IMG/VR virus record: IMGVR_UViG_3300045283_000397
Span: 1 to 64,000 of that record
Direction: 5' to 3' (one strand)
From: a virus
DNA: 64,000 nt
Shown in pieces: positions 55,585 through 64,000 of the stretch. The number at the start of each line of letters is the position of its first letter. Position 1 is the stretch's first letter. Made by a program: the position numbers and the translations under genes. The notes under the pieces were generated by a model. It made no database searches and was not told where the DNA came from. It was given only the letters and a program-made list of their open reading frames with translations.

Positions 55585-56856
55585 CTAGGTTTCTACTACG
55601 GGAACATATTCCTTGGGAGTAAGACCAAAAGTCCAAGCCGCCGCCTCGTGCGCCTTGGTTATTTGGGGCGGGACACGTAAAAAATAATGTTTAAAACTGC
55701 CGTCGAGTTCGCGTGTCGAGTTAACTACCTCCAGCATTACAATGGGCTCGTCGAAGGGCAGCTCGCGCCGCCAGAGCGTGCCATAATTCTCATCATAGTC
55801 TAGCCGCTTGCCCCCGGCATCGCGGATATAGGCAGCGGCGCCTTTGATTTCGGCCTTGGGCCGATACTGATCAATCATTACCCGACGGACCTCGGCATTT
55901 CGCTCCTTGTCCACAGCTTCTATGGTGATGGTTTCGGGTTTCTCGATAATTTGCGCAGGCACCCTAACGCCGTGCACCGCATAAATGGCCCAGCCATCTG
56001 GGTAAACGCAAGCCGGCCCTGTGAGTGAGTGCAGGTGACCGCGCTCATCTCGCATTAGTATGTGGTGACGCTCCGAGACCCAACAGATGTTCTGATGCGG
56101 CAAAGCCCAACCGGTACTCTGGGAGAGTTCCCACAACCCTGCCAATTTTTGAGTTTCTGCAACAAGGCCCAAAGTCTCATAAAAATAGCTATAAAAGGCT
56201 AACCAAGAAGCATCATGGGCTCCGTACACGCTGTCCCCCACGCTGGCCCACACGCTGTCCCGCACGCTGGCCCACACGCTGTCCCGCACGCTGTCCCGCA
56301 CGCTGTCCCCCACGCTGGCCCACACGCTGGCCCACACGCTGGCCCACACGCTGTCCCCCACGCTGGCCCACACGCTGTCCCGCACGCTGGCCCGCACGCT
56401 GTCCCCCACGCTGTCCCGCACGCTGTCCCGCACGCTGTCCCGCACGCTGGCCCGCACGCTGGCCCACACGCTGTCCCGCACGCTGGCCCGCACGCTGGCC
56501 CACACGCTGTCCCACACGCTGGCCCCCACGCTGGTCCCCACGCTGGTCCCCACGCTGTCCCGCACGCTGGCCCACACGCTGGTCCCCACGCTGTCCCGCA
56601 CGCTGTCCCCCACGCTGTCCCATTCCCGGTCAAGGATGATGGCCCGGGTTAACCCCTGTGAAAGCGGCGACCCACACCAAATTATCTTGCGCGGGGGTTT
56701 AAGTCCCCCTTGTCGATAAGTCTCGTAAATAGCGGCCTCGGCCCTGGGACGATTGGCCACATCAGTACAGAGTCCAATTTTGGTCCAGTGCTCTACAAAC
56801 TCGGGGAAGCGCGCAATTTGTTTGGGCGTGAGGCGCTCGATCTTAGTCCGCGACAT
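55585..56856 (-). CDS. DUF6745-like protein with an internal SV(W/R/G)(D/A/T) repeat tract
   Basis: LHSLTGPA..YPDGW.IYA.HGV.VP, NAEVRR, VVNST...DG..K.Y.LRVPP....A.EA.AWTFG. Confidence 0.8.
   Translation of the reverse strand: MSRTKIERLTPKQIARFPEFVEHWTKIGLCTDVANRPRAEAAIYETYRQGGLKPPRKIIWCGSPLSQGLTRAIILDREWDSVGDSVRDSVGTSVWASVRDSVGTSVGTSVGASVWDSVWASVRASVRDSVWASVRASVRDSVRDSVRDSVGDSVRASVRDSVWASVGDSVWASVWASVWASVGDSVRDSVRDSVWASVRDSVWASVGDSVYGAHDASWLAFYSYFYETLGLVAETQKLAGLWELSQSTGWALPHQNICWVSERHHILMRDERGHLHSLTGPACVYPDGWAIYAVHGVRVPAQIIEKPETITIEAVDKERNAEVRRVMIDQYRPKAEIKGAAAYIRDAGGKRLDYDENYGTLWRRELPFDEPIVMLEVVNSTRELDGSFKHYFLRVPPQITKAHEAAAWTFGLTPKEYVPVVET
56226..56621 (-). repeat. About 33 tandem 12-bp units AGCGTG(T/C/G)GG(GAC/GCC/ACC)
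   Basis: Directly visible cacgctg(g/t)cc periodicity on the plus strand. Confidence 0.95.
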
Positions 56857-57157
56857 TGCGAATGGCCTCCGGCGAGTATTCGCGCTGACGGATCACCAGG
56901 TAATTACCCGGCGGCACCAGCACCGTGGAATGCTCATCATGCTCCAGCGCTACCGAGCTATCACCCGACACATACATAAAGATGGCCGCGAGCTTCGGAT
57001 CGCTGAACAGTGCAGCTCGATCATCCTTGATGGCATGGGCATGTCCGGTTGCTTCGCCATGGGCCAGTACTGCGCGGCCATTCTCACGTTCGACGGCCAC
57101 GAGGCCTTTGGGCAGAGCTTTTACCGGAATTACCAGAACGTCGCCTTGACGATACAT
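56843..57157 (-). CDS. Conserved partner of DUF6745-like proteins
   Basis: YRQGDV...LAHGEATGHAH...H.EH....PPG.Y...RQREY.P. Confidence 0.75.
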   Translation of the reverse strand: MYRQGDVLVIPVKALPKGLVAVERENGRAVLAHGEATGHAHAIKDDRAALFSDPKLAAIFMYVSGDSSVALEHDEHSTVLVPPGNYLVIRQREYSPEAIRNVAD

Positions 57158-57212
57158 AGTCCATCTCCTTTATTGTAGATTAACTTAGTTTAAACTAAAA
57201 TGTAGGCGCAAG

Positions 57213-58718
57213 CTATACCCAAGGACACGCTAGCTGCCCGCCCGCGGCCACCAGCGTTAACCGTTCACGCGCTCGCGTTACCGCCACGTACCAAACACGG
57301 CGCTCAGGATCAGGATTGGTCTCCATTTCCTGATGCGTCCTTTTTGCCATATCCGATAAAACGATTACGTATTCTGCTTCACTGCCCTTGGACCCGTGTA
57401 TGGTGCTGATGCGCACCCTAGGCTTGGCGCGTAGCCGCTCGCCGCGCCTGCGCATCGCCAAGATGTAGCCCACGTCCTGCTGCGGGAGGCGATCGAGCGC
57501 GACGTGCCAGATCGCGTCGACAAGCAGGCCGCCCTTCTTCTTGAGATCATCCAGCGTGACCGGGGGGGCCTGCTCGTCGAATGCGCTGAGCGATTTGTAT
57601 CCGCGCGCTACCCCGCGCCCCACGCTCATGGCCTGGTACACTGCGCGCGCTGCTTCCACCGCCACCGCGCCCCCGGCCCTTAGCCTCTCCCAGTCAGATA
57701 TTACCTGCAAGACTTCGGTGCTTACCGAAGGCTTTTCATTGCGGTGATAGTACACGCCGGCTTCGCGCAGCGCGGGCGCCACCACATCGTTGAGCACATA
57801 GGCGTTGCGCGCCAGCACCAGCACGTCCGGCCCCTCGGTCAGCCCCACGTCGAAGGCGACCTCGTGCGCCACCGCGCCCTCCGCTGCGCGCGGCGCCCAC
57901 TGCTTAGGCCTGCGGTGCGCTACTGGGGAGATGAGTGTATTGGCGAGGATCTGTACAGCGCGCGGCACGCGGTAGGATTGGCCCAGCACGCGCACGTCCC
58001 CGGCCATGTCCACTAGATGGGACGAGTCTGCTCCGGCCCATTGGAAGATTGCCTGGTCGTCATCCCCGGCCACCACGCAACGCTTGGCGCCCTGCCTGAG
58101 GCGATCGAACACATCCCACTGTAATTTCGGGAGGTCTTGACATTCATCTCCTATTAATGTCTCCAGGCGCAGCTGGAGGCCCTCCCTGAGGAATTGCTGG
58201 AGCATGTCGGTGTAGTCCATCAGCCCCCGCGCACGCTTGAATTCGCGCAACGCGCGCGCCACTCGCTCCACCTCGTGCCACGGCAGGCCATCATCAAACT
58301 GATCGAACTGCTCTCGCAGTTTGACCATCTTGATTCTTGCCAAGTTTTCCATAAAGATGATGCGGTCGCCGGGCTCGAAGCCCGCCTGGAGCCCGTCTTC
58401 CGACCACCCCCCGGTCACCCTTATGCCGGCCCAGTCGGCGAATTCCCTGGTCGCCTTGCGGTCCATCACCTCGCCCGGGCGCAGGCCCAGCAGCCGGAAG
58501 CACAAGGAGTGCAGCGTGCGGAACCAGGGCAGCTGCGCGCGCGCCAGCCCGAACTTCTCGCTCGCGCGCGTCACGGCCTCCTCGGCCGCGCGCCGCGTGA
58601 ACGAGAGGTAGGCGATGCGCTCGGGTGCCACGCCGCGCGCCAGCTCTGCGTCTACGATGTCGAGTAGCGACGTAGTCTTGCCGCAGCCGGGGGGGCCAAG
58701 GATAATCTCGGGCATCAT
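57213..58718 (-). CDS. UvrD/Rep-like superfamily 1 helicase
   Basis: GPPGCGKTT, FRTLHS, DECQD, AGDDDQAIF, STIHGSKGSE, YVAVTRA. Confidence 0.9.
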   Translation of the reverse strand: MMPEIILGPPGCGKTTSLLDIVDAELARGVAPERIAYLSFTRRAAEEAVTRASEKFGLARAQLPWFRTLHSLCFRLLGLRPGEVMDRKATREFADWAGIRVTGGWSEDGLQAGFEPGDRIIFMENLARIKMVKLREQFDQFDDGLPWHEVERVARALREFKRARGLMDYTDMLQQFLREGLQLRLETLIGDECQDLPKLQWDVFDRLRQGAKRCVVAGDDDQAIFQWAGADSSHLVDMAGDVRVLGQSYRVPRAVQILANTLISPVAHRRPKQWAPRAAEGAVAHEVAFDVGLTEGPDVLVLARNAYVLNDVVAPALREAGVYYHRNEKPSVSTEVLQVISDWERLRAGGAVAVEAARAVYQAMSVGRGVARGYKSLSAFDEQAPPVTLDDLKKKGGLLVDAIWHVALDRLPQQDVGYILAMRRRGERLRAKPRVRISTIHGSKGSEAEYVIVLSDMAKRTHQEMETNPDPERRVWYVAVTRARERLTLVAAGGQLACPWV

Positions 58719-59104
58719 GTGAATAGGCGCAAGATCATGGTTTTGGCATTTTCTAAGGTAGTGGCTTTGACGCAGGCTGGGTGGTGGCGCCAAGTGCCGA
58801 AACTGGAGCAATCGCCCGCGATAAAGACCGGGATGCCATTGGCGATGGCGATGCCTACCTCTACCAGGGCGCCACGCAACTCGTCTCCCGGTTCTGCGTA
58901 GACGATGAGCGCGCGCGAGGTTTCCACGTCGTGCTGATCTACCATCCAGAAAATATGAAAATCCTCGGGCGTAGCGGACTCTTCATGCGCGGCTTGATCG
59001 AACCAGCGCGCGTGTAGATCTATGCCATGTTGCTTCCATTCGTAGCGCAAATCACACAAGCGCGGCGCATATTTAATCTTACTGGCGATATAGACACGGA
59101 TCAT
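58715..59104 (-). CDS. Nucleoside 2-deoxyribosyltransferase-like protein
   Basis: VYIAS...D..DV......Y......RGALVEVGIA. Confidence 0.65.
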   Translation of the reverse strand: MIRVYIASKIKYAPRLCDLRYEWKQHGIDLHARWFDQAAHEESATPEDFHIFWMVDQHDVETSRALIVYAEPGDELRGALVEVGIAIANGIPVFIAGDCSSFGTWRHHPACVKATTLENAKTMILRLFT

Positions 59105-59696
59105 TGCATTTGCTCCAGCTGCTCCGCCACCGCCCTTAGCGCCGCGGCCCACTCCCCCGGCGCACCGCGCGCCAGCCGGCGCCCGAGCGAGCGCCCGGGC
59201 CATCTCTCCGGCTACGCGCGCCATCGCGTTATGGGCGCGCGCCAGCTGCTGCTCACGGTCAGTCAAGCACTTCGACGACTAGCGGGGGAAAGTGCCCGAA
59301 AATTTTGTCGAAGCCGTATTCGTACGGCTCCTCGCGCATTTGCTGTTGCAATGCGGCGATGGCGCGCTCATTGCGGCGCGGCGGCTTATATTCAGAAGTC
59401 TCGATGTCATTTTCCATAGCATGGTTCCTAGATAGAGTGCCTCCCCGGCACGCGTGGGTGAGACGGCGAGCGCGCAGCGGAACTGGGCGAACTACGGCGC
59501 GCTGGCCGGGGAGGCGCATGAAAGCCCCCCTTGGGGCTTTCATATCAGGTGTTGAGTGCCGGGCCTCGTGGGCTTCTGACTTCCCGGTTGTCGCGTTTTT
59601 GTCGCATCCCACTTGAAGCAAGTCCTTCCTTTGCCGCGTCGAACTTGCAAAGCCACAGCGTCCACCGAAGGACGGGGTCGACACGGCTTGAACCAA

Positions 59697-60551
59697 TTAG
59701 AACGGCGGATCGCTGGCCGCCGCGCCCGTGTCGGCCTCGGGCGCCGCCTGCTTTTCGCCCGACTCCACTGCGGCGCACAGCGCCCGGCCCAGCGCGATGT
59801 CCTCGGCCGTCTGGACCCAGCCCGCGCGCTGGGGGTCGAGCAGGTACCACTCGCCCAGCTTGTTGGTTCTGTATCGGGTTTTTAACCGATACAGATGGTG
59901 AAATGCGGCGGATTGCTTCCCGGGGGCCAGGGGGTGGTTGACGATGTCGCTATTCCAGCCCTTGGCCACCGTGTGGCCGGTGCCCGAGAATGGGATTACG
60001 TAGGGCAGCCGGCCGCCCGCGTCGGTGTGCACCAGGCCCGTCACTTGGCGCGTCTCGACCACTATGGTGCCCTTGGGCATCACCCAGGCCTGGCGCTGGT
60101 TGCCGCGGTCGTCCGTTATGGTGCCCAGCTTGGCCTCCGGCGGCCGGTGCGTGTGGCGCGCGACGAAACCGGAGCCGCGCTGCGCGCCCCATTCGATCCA
60201 GAGGCCATGGGCAAAGTGGCAGGGCTGGAAAATGACCCCGTCGTCTCCAGAGACGACTGGGTCATCGGCGTTGCGCAGCCAAATACACCCCGCCTCGGCG
60301 CCCTCGATATAGTTCTCGTTCTTTTTGAGCACCTGCGGGCTCTGGGCCTGGAGCACGTAGATGAGCGGCACCAGGTTATCGGCCTGGTCGGTGCTCACGC
60401 CGCGCCCGGCGTCCTTCTCCATCTCGGCCATCAACGCGGCGGGCAAGGCACCCTCGGCCTGGGGTACCACGGCGCCTTGGCCGGGGCCGGGGGGTTTATT
60501 GATCTCCTCGGTGGTCGGCACAGGATCTTTGGTACGACTTAGGATAGACAT
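59697..60551 (-). CDS. Putative ssDNA-binding/recombination protein
   Basis: P.IYVLQAQSPQV...YIEGAEAG, WIEW, acidic DPPF C-terminus; replication context. Confidence 0.55.
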   Translation of the reverse strand: MSILSRTKDPVPTTEEINKPPGPGQGAVVPQAEGALPAALMAEMEKDAGRGVSTDQADNLVPLIYVLQAQSPQVLKKNENYIEGAEAGCIWLRNADDPVVSGDDGVIFQPCHFAHGLWIEWGAQRGSGFVARHTHRPPEAKLGTITDDRGNQRQAWVMPKGTIVVETRQVTGLVHTDAGGRLPYVIPFSGTGHTVAKGWNSDIVNHPLAPGKQSAAFHHLYRLKTRYRTNKLGEWYLLDPQRAGWVQTAEDIALGRALCAAVESGEKQAAPEADTGAAASDPPF

Positions 60552-60758
60552 AGGCTTAGGCTCCCTTCATTTGTTCGGAGATAACTTCGGCCGCCACCTT
60601 CTTGATGTAAGCCGACCAGCGATTGCGATCGTCCCAAGGCGTTAGGGCAAAGGGTGGGTAGCCGCTCTTCGCCATGTCCTGATAGCCGTCATTGGCGCGC
60701 TGAATGATGGCGTCGGCTATCTGCTCGGGTGTTTTGGTTTGGAGCTTGGGGCGCTTGG

Positions 60759-61361
60759 TCATGTCTTGCGCTCCTTGATCTCCACCTGGTGGCCGTGGGT
60801 GGCGCCCAGCGCTTCCATCTCCGCGCCGCTAAGGCCGCGGTGAGCTTCCACCTGCTCGCGGAACCAGGCGGTGAGAGTGTTCCACTGCACGGTGCGCTTA
60901 AGGGAAGCGATGAGGCCCGCCTCGCCCAGCTTTTGGACCAGTGTACGGGCCTCGTCGATCTCTTCGCGGTTAAACTCTACCGAGACCACGCACTTGATGA
61001 TGTCGCCGCCTTGCTTGGCTTCGAGCAGGTCGAAGGCCGCCTCGCGCTTCTCGCTGGGCCACTCCGCCGCGATGTTGGCCCTATAGTAGGGCTTTAGGCG
61101 CGCGTCGTAGGCGGGCAGGTTGCCGGCCGCCGGCAGCCCGACTTGGTCGGTGCCCGCGGCCATCAGCAGCGCCGGCAGCGTATCGAACCTTCTTTTGTCG
61201 ATGCGCGCCTGGGTCTCCTTGCGGCGTGCTTCCAGGTCGGCGAGCACTTGCTGGTCGTCGCGCTGGGCGGCGAGCTCGGCGCGCACCGTTTCTAGGGTAG
61301 CCGGCGCAATGGCCAGGGGGCGCTCGGCGTCTACAAGTACGGCGGTGGGTATACCATTCAT
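60759..61361 (-). CDS. Conserved phage replication-region protein
   Basis: LP.L....G...AF..L....GGDIIK..V...F...V.WNTL.AW.RE. Confidence 0.6.
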   Translation of the reverse strand: MNGIPTAVLVDAERPLAIAPATLETVRAELAAQRDDQQVLADLEARRKETQARIDKRRFDTLPALLMAAGTDQVGLPAAGNLPAYDARLKPYYRANIAAEWPSEKREAAFDLLEAKQGGDIIKCVVSVEFNREEIDEARTLVQKLGEAGLIASLKRTVQWNTLTAWFREQVEAHRGLSGAEMEALGATHGHQVEIKERKT

Positions 61362-61636
61362 AAGCTGTCTCCCAGTTCCATACACGGGGGCGAGGGGGCT
61401 GAGGCAGGAAATCCCCCGGCGCAGCCTGCCCAGGTACTTGGCCACATCTTGCGATGCCGCCCCCGTGCAAGGAGTATAGTGGCGCTAGGCGCAGGCGCGG
61501 TAAAGTGCTATTTTTGCTTTGTCGCGCCGGCCGCGCGGGCTAAGCTATTGGAGTAAACGGTGAGTTACCAACCATAGGAATCTCAGTTCATAGTTTCCCG
61601 GCGCCTCGCGGATTTTCAGGGGCTAGGAGAACGAAA

Positions 61637-62506
61637 ATGATCAGTCATCCGAATCGCGGCACGATCACCAAGGCCATCGTGACTAAGTTGCTCAAGATCG
61701 TGGACGCTGGTCTTGTGAAAGGCGTCGGTAACGCCAAGCCGGGCAAAATGTGTATCGAGGCGGCAGTCTGTTACGCGCTCGGCGAGCCGCATGGCGATAG
61801 GCCGTCCTGTGTCGCTCCGGTTCTCCGTGAACTCAAAATTCGTCTGAACGATAGCAATTGGTCCTCGGAAGAAGCCAGGGCCAAGGGCCTGCGCCGGCTC
61901 GGCGTGGCCCAATTGGGCAGCGCTGGCGCGCTGGACGAAAAAGAGTTCCGGCGCCGTGTTTTCGATTACGCCCTGCGGTCATCCGTTCCGGCCGCCCTGC
62001 GGTCTGCGGCTACAATCCAGAAGGGCCACAAGCACAAGGCAGCGCTGCTTGATGCAGCGGCGCGGTGCGAGAAGGAAGGAACAAGGGAAGCGGCTTTGCA
62101 GGCTAAGAACGCCGCCGCCGCCGCCGCCTACGCTGCCGCCGCCGACGCCGCCGCCGCCGCCCACTTTGCCGCCGCCGCCCACGCTGCCGCCGCCCACGCT
62201 GCCGCCAACGCCGCCTACGCTGCCGCCGCTGCCGCCGCCGCCCACGCTGCCGCCGCCTACGTTGCCGCCAACGCCGCCTACGCTGCCGCCGCTGCCGCCG
62301 CCGCCTACGCTGCCGCCGCTGCCGCCAACGCCGCCTACGCTGCCGCCGCCTACGTTGCCGCCCACGCTGCCGCCGCCTACGTTGCCGCCGCCCGAAAGGC
62401 CGCTCGCGACACGTCGCTCGCGGCCTATGCAGAGGCGGTCGTGCAAATCCTCGTCAGTATGGATGCGCCCGGTTGCAAATGGCTTGAACTAACGGAAGCG
62501 GCTTAA
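61637..62506 (+). CDS. Hypothetical protein with an Ala-rich repeat tract
   Basis: MCIEAAV..ALGEPHGD.P.CV...LND N-terminal domain; SD AGGAG; promoter TTTGTC-N17-TAAGCT upstream. Confidence 0.7.
   Translation: MISHPNRGTITKAIVTKLLKIVDAGLVKGVGNAKPGKMCIEAAVCYALGEPHGDRPSCVAPVLRELKIRLNDSNWSSEEARAKGLRRLGVAQLGSAGALDEKEFRRRVFDYALRSSVPAALRSAATIQKGHKHKAALLDAAARCEKEGTREAALQAKNAAAAAAYAAAADAAAAAHFAAAAHAAAAHAAANAAYAAAAAAAAHAAAAYVAANAAYAAAAAAAAYAAAAAANAAYAAAAYVAAHAAAAYVAAARKAARDTSLAAYAEAVVQILVSMDAPGCKWLELTEAA
62108..62392 (+). repeat. GCC/GCT-rich imperfect repeat encoding AAAY/AAAH/AAN
   Basis: Directly visible. Confidence 0.9.
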
Positions 62507-62522
62507 CCAACGAGAGACCAAA

Positions 62523-62783
62523 ATGCGAATCAACGGGAAGCGTGTCGTGGATGCCACGAAGCCCCTGCATATTTCAGTGTCAAAGCGTGACGCCGCGTTC
62601 GGAAAGACAATGGACCCGGCGAATAAGGCGCTCAACTGGCTGGCTCTTGAACTTGCCCGCCTCCGCCTCCGGCCGACTGAGGAGGAATTGACGCGGGTTG
62701 TAATTCAAGGTCGCGATGAATTATGGACGGATCGATCAATCGTCCGCGCCATCACTGCGCGATTCCCCAAGGTGCAACTATGA
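62523..62783 (+). CDS. Hypothetical protein; N-terminus paralogous to 40830..41258
   Basis: MRINGKRVVDATKPL.I..S..DAA.GK..DP. Confidence 0.55.
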   Translation: MRINGKRVVDATKPLHISVSKRDAAFGKTMDPANKALNWLALELARLRLRPTEEELTRVVIQGRDELWTDRSIVRAITARFPKVQL

Positions 62784-63265
62784 CGGACGCGTGGGTTGAG
62801 TCTGCATGGCGGACTTATAACAATCAGCGGCCACGGGGTGACATCAGCGCAAAGCCAGCCTTTCAAGCGGGCTGGCGCGCCGCGCTCGCCGCAGCGCAGG
62901 CCGGGGCGCCGTACTTGCAGGGCGAGCTACGCTGGCTTGATGAGTTTGTCCACACGATCTTGCATGAGTTTGAGGGAGTGCTACCCGATCCTGAGCGCTA
63001 CCAGTTGACTCCATTGGAAAAAGGCCGCGAAGCATTTATTGCGGATGCTCGCGCGCAAATCAGGAGCAGAGTTGACCGCGCCCTACGGCCTCCCGCAGCG
63101 CCGGCAGAAAGTACAAGTTGCTTGGAGTGCGGTATGCCAACGCCGTGGCATAAAAGCAAATGCAGCCTCGCGCCGCCCCTGTCAGCTTCCGAGCAGGCAG
63201 GAGCACCAAGCAAAGTCCTTCTGACCGGCATTCACCCCTACGGCAAATCACTGAGGGACAAATGA
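62780..63265 (+). CDS. Hypothetical protein
   Basis: Coupled ORF starting MTDAWVE. Confidence 0.45.
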   Translation: MTDAWVESAWRTYNNQRPRGDISAKPAFQAGWRAALAAAQAGAPYLQGELRWLDEFVHTILHEFEGVLPDPERYQLTPLEKGREAFIADARAQIRSRVDRALRPPAAPAESTSCLECGMPTPWHKSKCSLAPPLSASEQAGAPSKVLLTGIHPYGKSLRDK

Positions 63266-63473
63266 GCTACGACCGAAACCCAAGCTACGAGCGGCTTTTG
63301 GCCCATACGTTGCGCCACGGCATAAAGAAATGGTTGCTTCGTGGCACATATCGCGAGGACGCCCAGACGATCCGCGCCGCCATCAAGCGTATGTCCTCGC
63401 GCGAGATCGCCAAAAGACTGGCGCGCATCTTGGCACAGCGTTGATGGCCCTATTACAACGGAGGAAATGAAAG

Positions 63474-63710
63474 ATGGATCGCGCAGAACTGGGTGTTGAT
63501 GGTAATTGCGGTTTTGCCTTGCTTGGGGCCAATATCCAAGAAGGCGAAGCCGAGTTTGAACCCATCAAAGACTTTGGTCAACACTGGCACGCTGAACAGC
63601 ATCGGCAGGCAAAGCTTGCCATCAACAGGGCCTTTCGGCGTCTCAAGGAGAGATTAGGTAGGAATGACCTCTCCTACTTCCTTGGCCCTAGCCATCCCGA
63701 TAGTTGTTAA
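63474..63710 (+). CDS. Hypothetical protein
   Basis: ORF with SD GGAGG. Confidence 0.5.
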   Translation: MDRAELGVDGNCGFALLGANIQEGEAEFEPIKDFGQHWHAEQHRQAKLAINRAFRRLKERLGRNDLSYFLGPSHPDSC

Positions 63711-64000
63711 CGACAGCTTAGCCACGGAGGGCAAGAAGTGAGTGATGTTTCTAAGGTGGTAGTTGACGCTAATGAGTTGGCCAAACTGCGCGCCGATCTT
63801 GCACGGACAACGGAAGCTCTAGAAGCCATTTTTAACTTAACCGATGGAGAAATCGAAGTGAGATTTAGAACGAGTAGCACTAAGACCGAGGAACAAATGG
63901 GTCGAAACTCGACGATCTATAGTTTGCTATCTCTGCCGCGCAATATGGCCCGAGATGCTCTTCGCGATCGGCAATGACATAATGACCGGATGAACGATAT

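Noticed and set aside
56226-56621. CRISPR array or DGR template/variable repeat
   Set aside because: These are contiguous in-frame 12-bp units with no spacers, and no reverse transcriptase is present in the window.
59259-59696. 145-aa ORF
   Set aside because: Only the last ~52 codons (from 59417, after an SD) look coding; the rest is hairpin-rich.

Overview
A 64-kb, GC-rich segment of a tailed (podovirus-like) dsDNA phage. A GcrA-like HTH gene and Tat-type leaders suggest an alphaproteobacterial host (inference). The left half (minus strand) is the head module: TerS, TerL, portal, scaffold, major capsid protein (MCP) and a decoration-like protein. It is interleaved with an extensive sugar synthesis/transfer gene set. 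The MCP gene (15370->12312) is split by six group I introns into seven exons (17, 61, 44, 71, 724, 45, 70 nt) that rejoin into a continuous 343-aa ORF; only intron 2 carries a homing endonuclease. The centre has Csp, a stand-alone TnpB, a NusG-like factor, an AT-rich origin-like gap and a divergent primase. The right half has two UvrD-like helicases, DNA polymerase A, a thymidine-hypermodification-like cluster that includes a glycosyltransferase, several free-standing homing endonucleases and repeat-rich proteins. All calls come from reading motifs by eye; no database searches were run.
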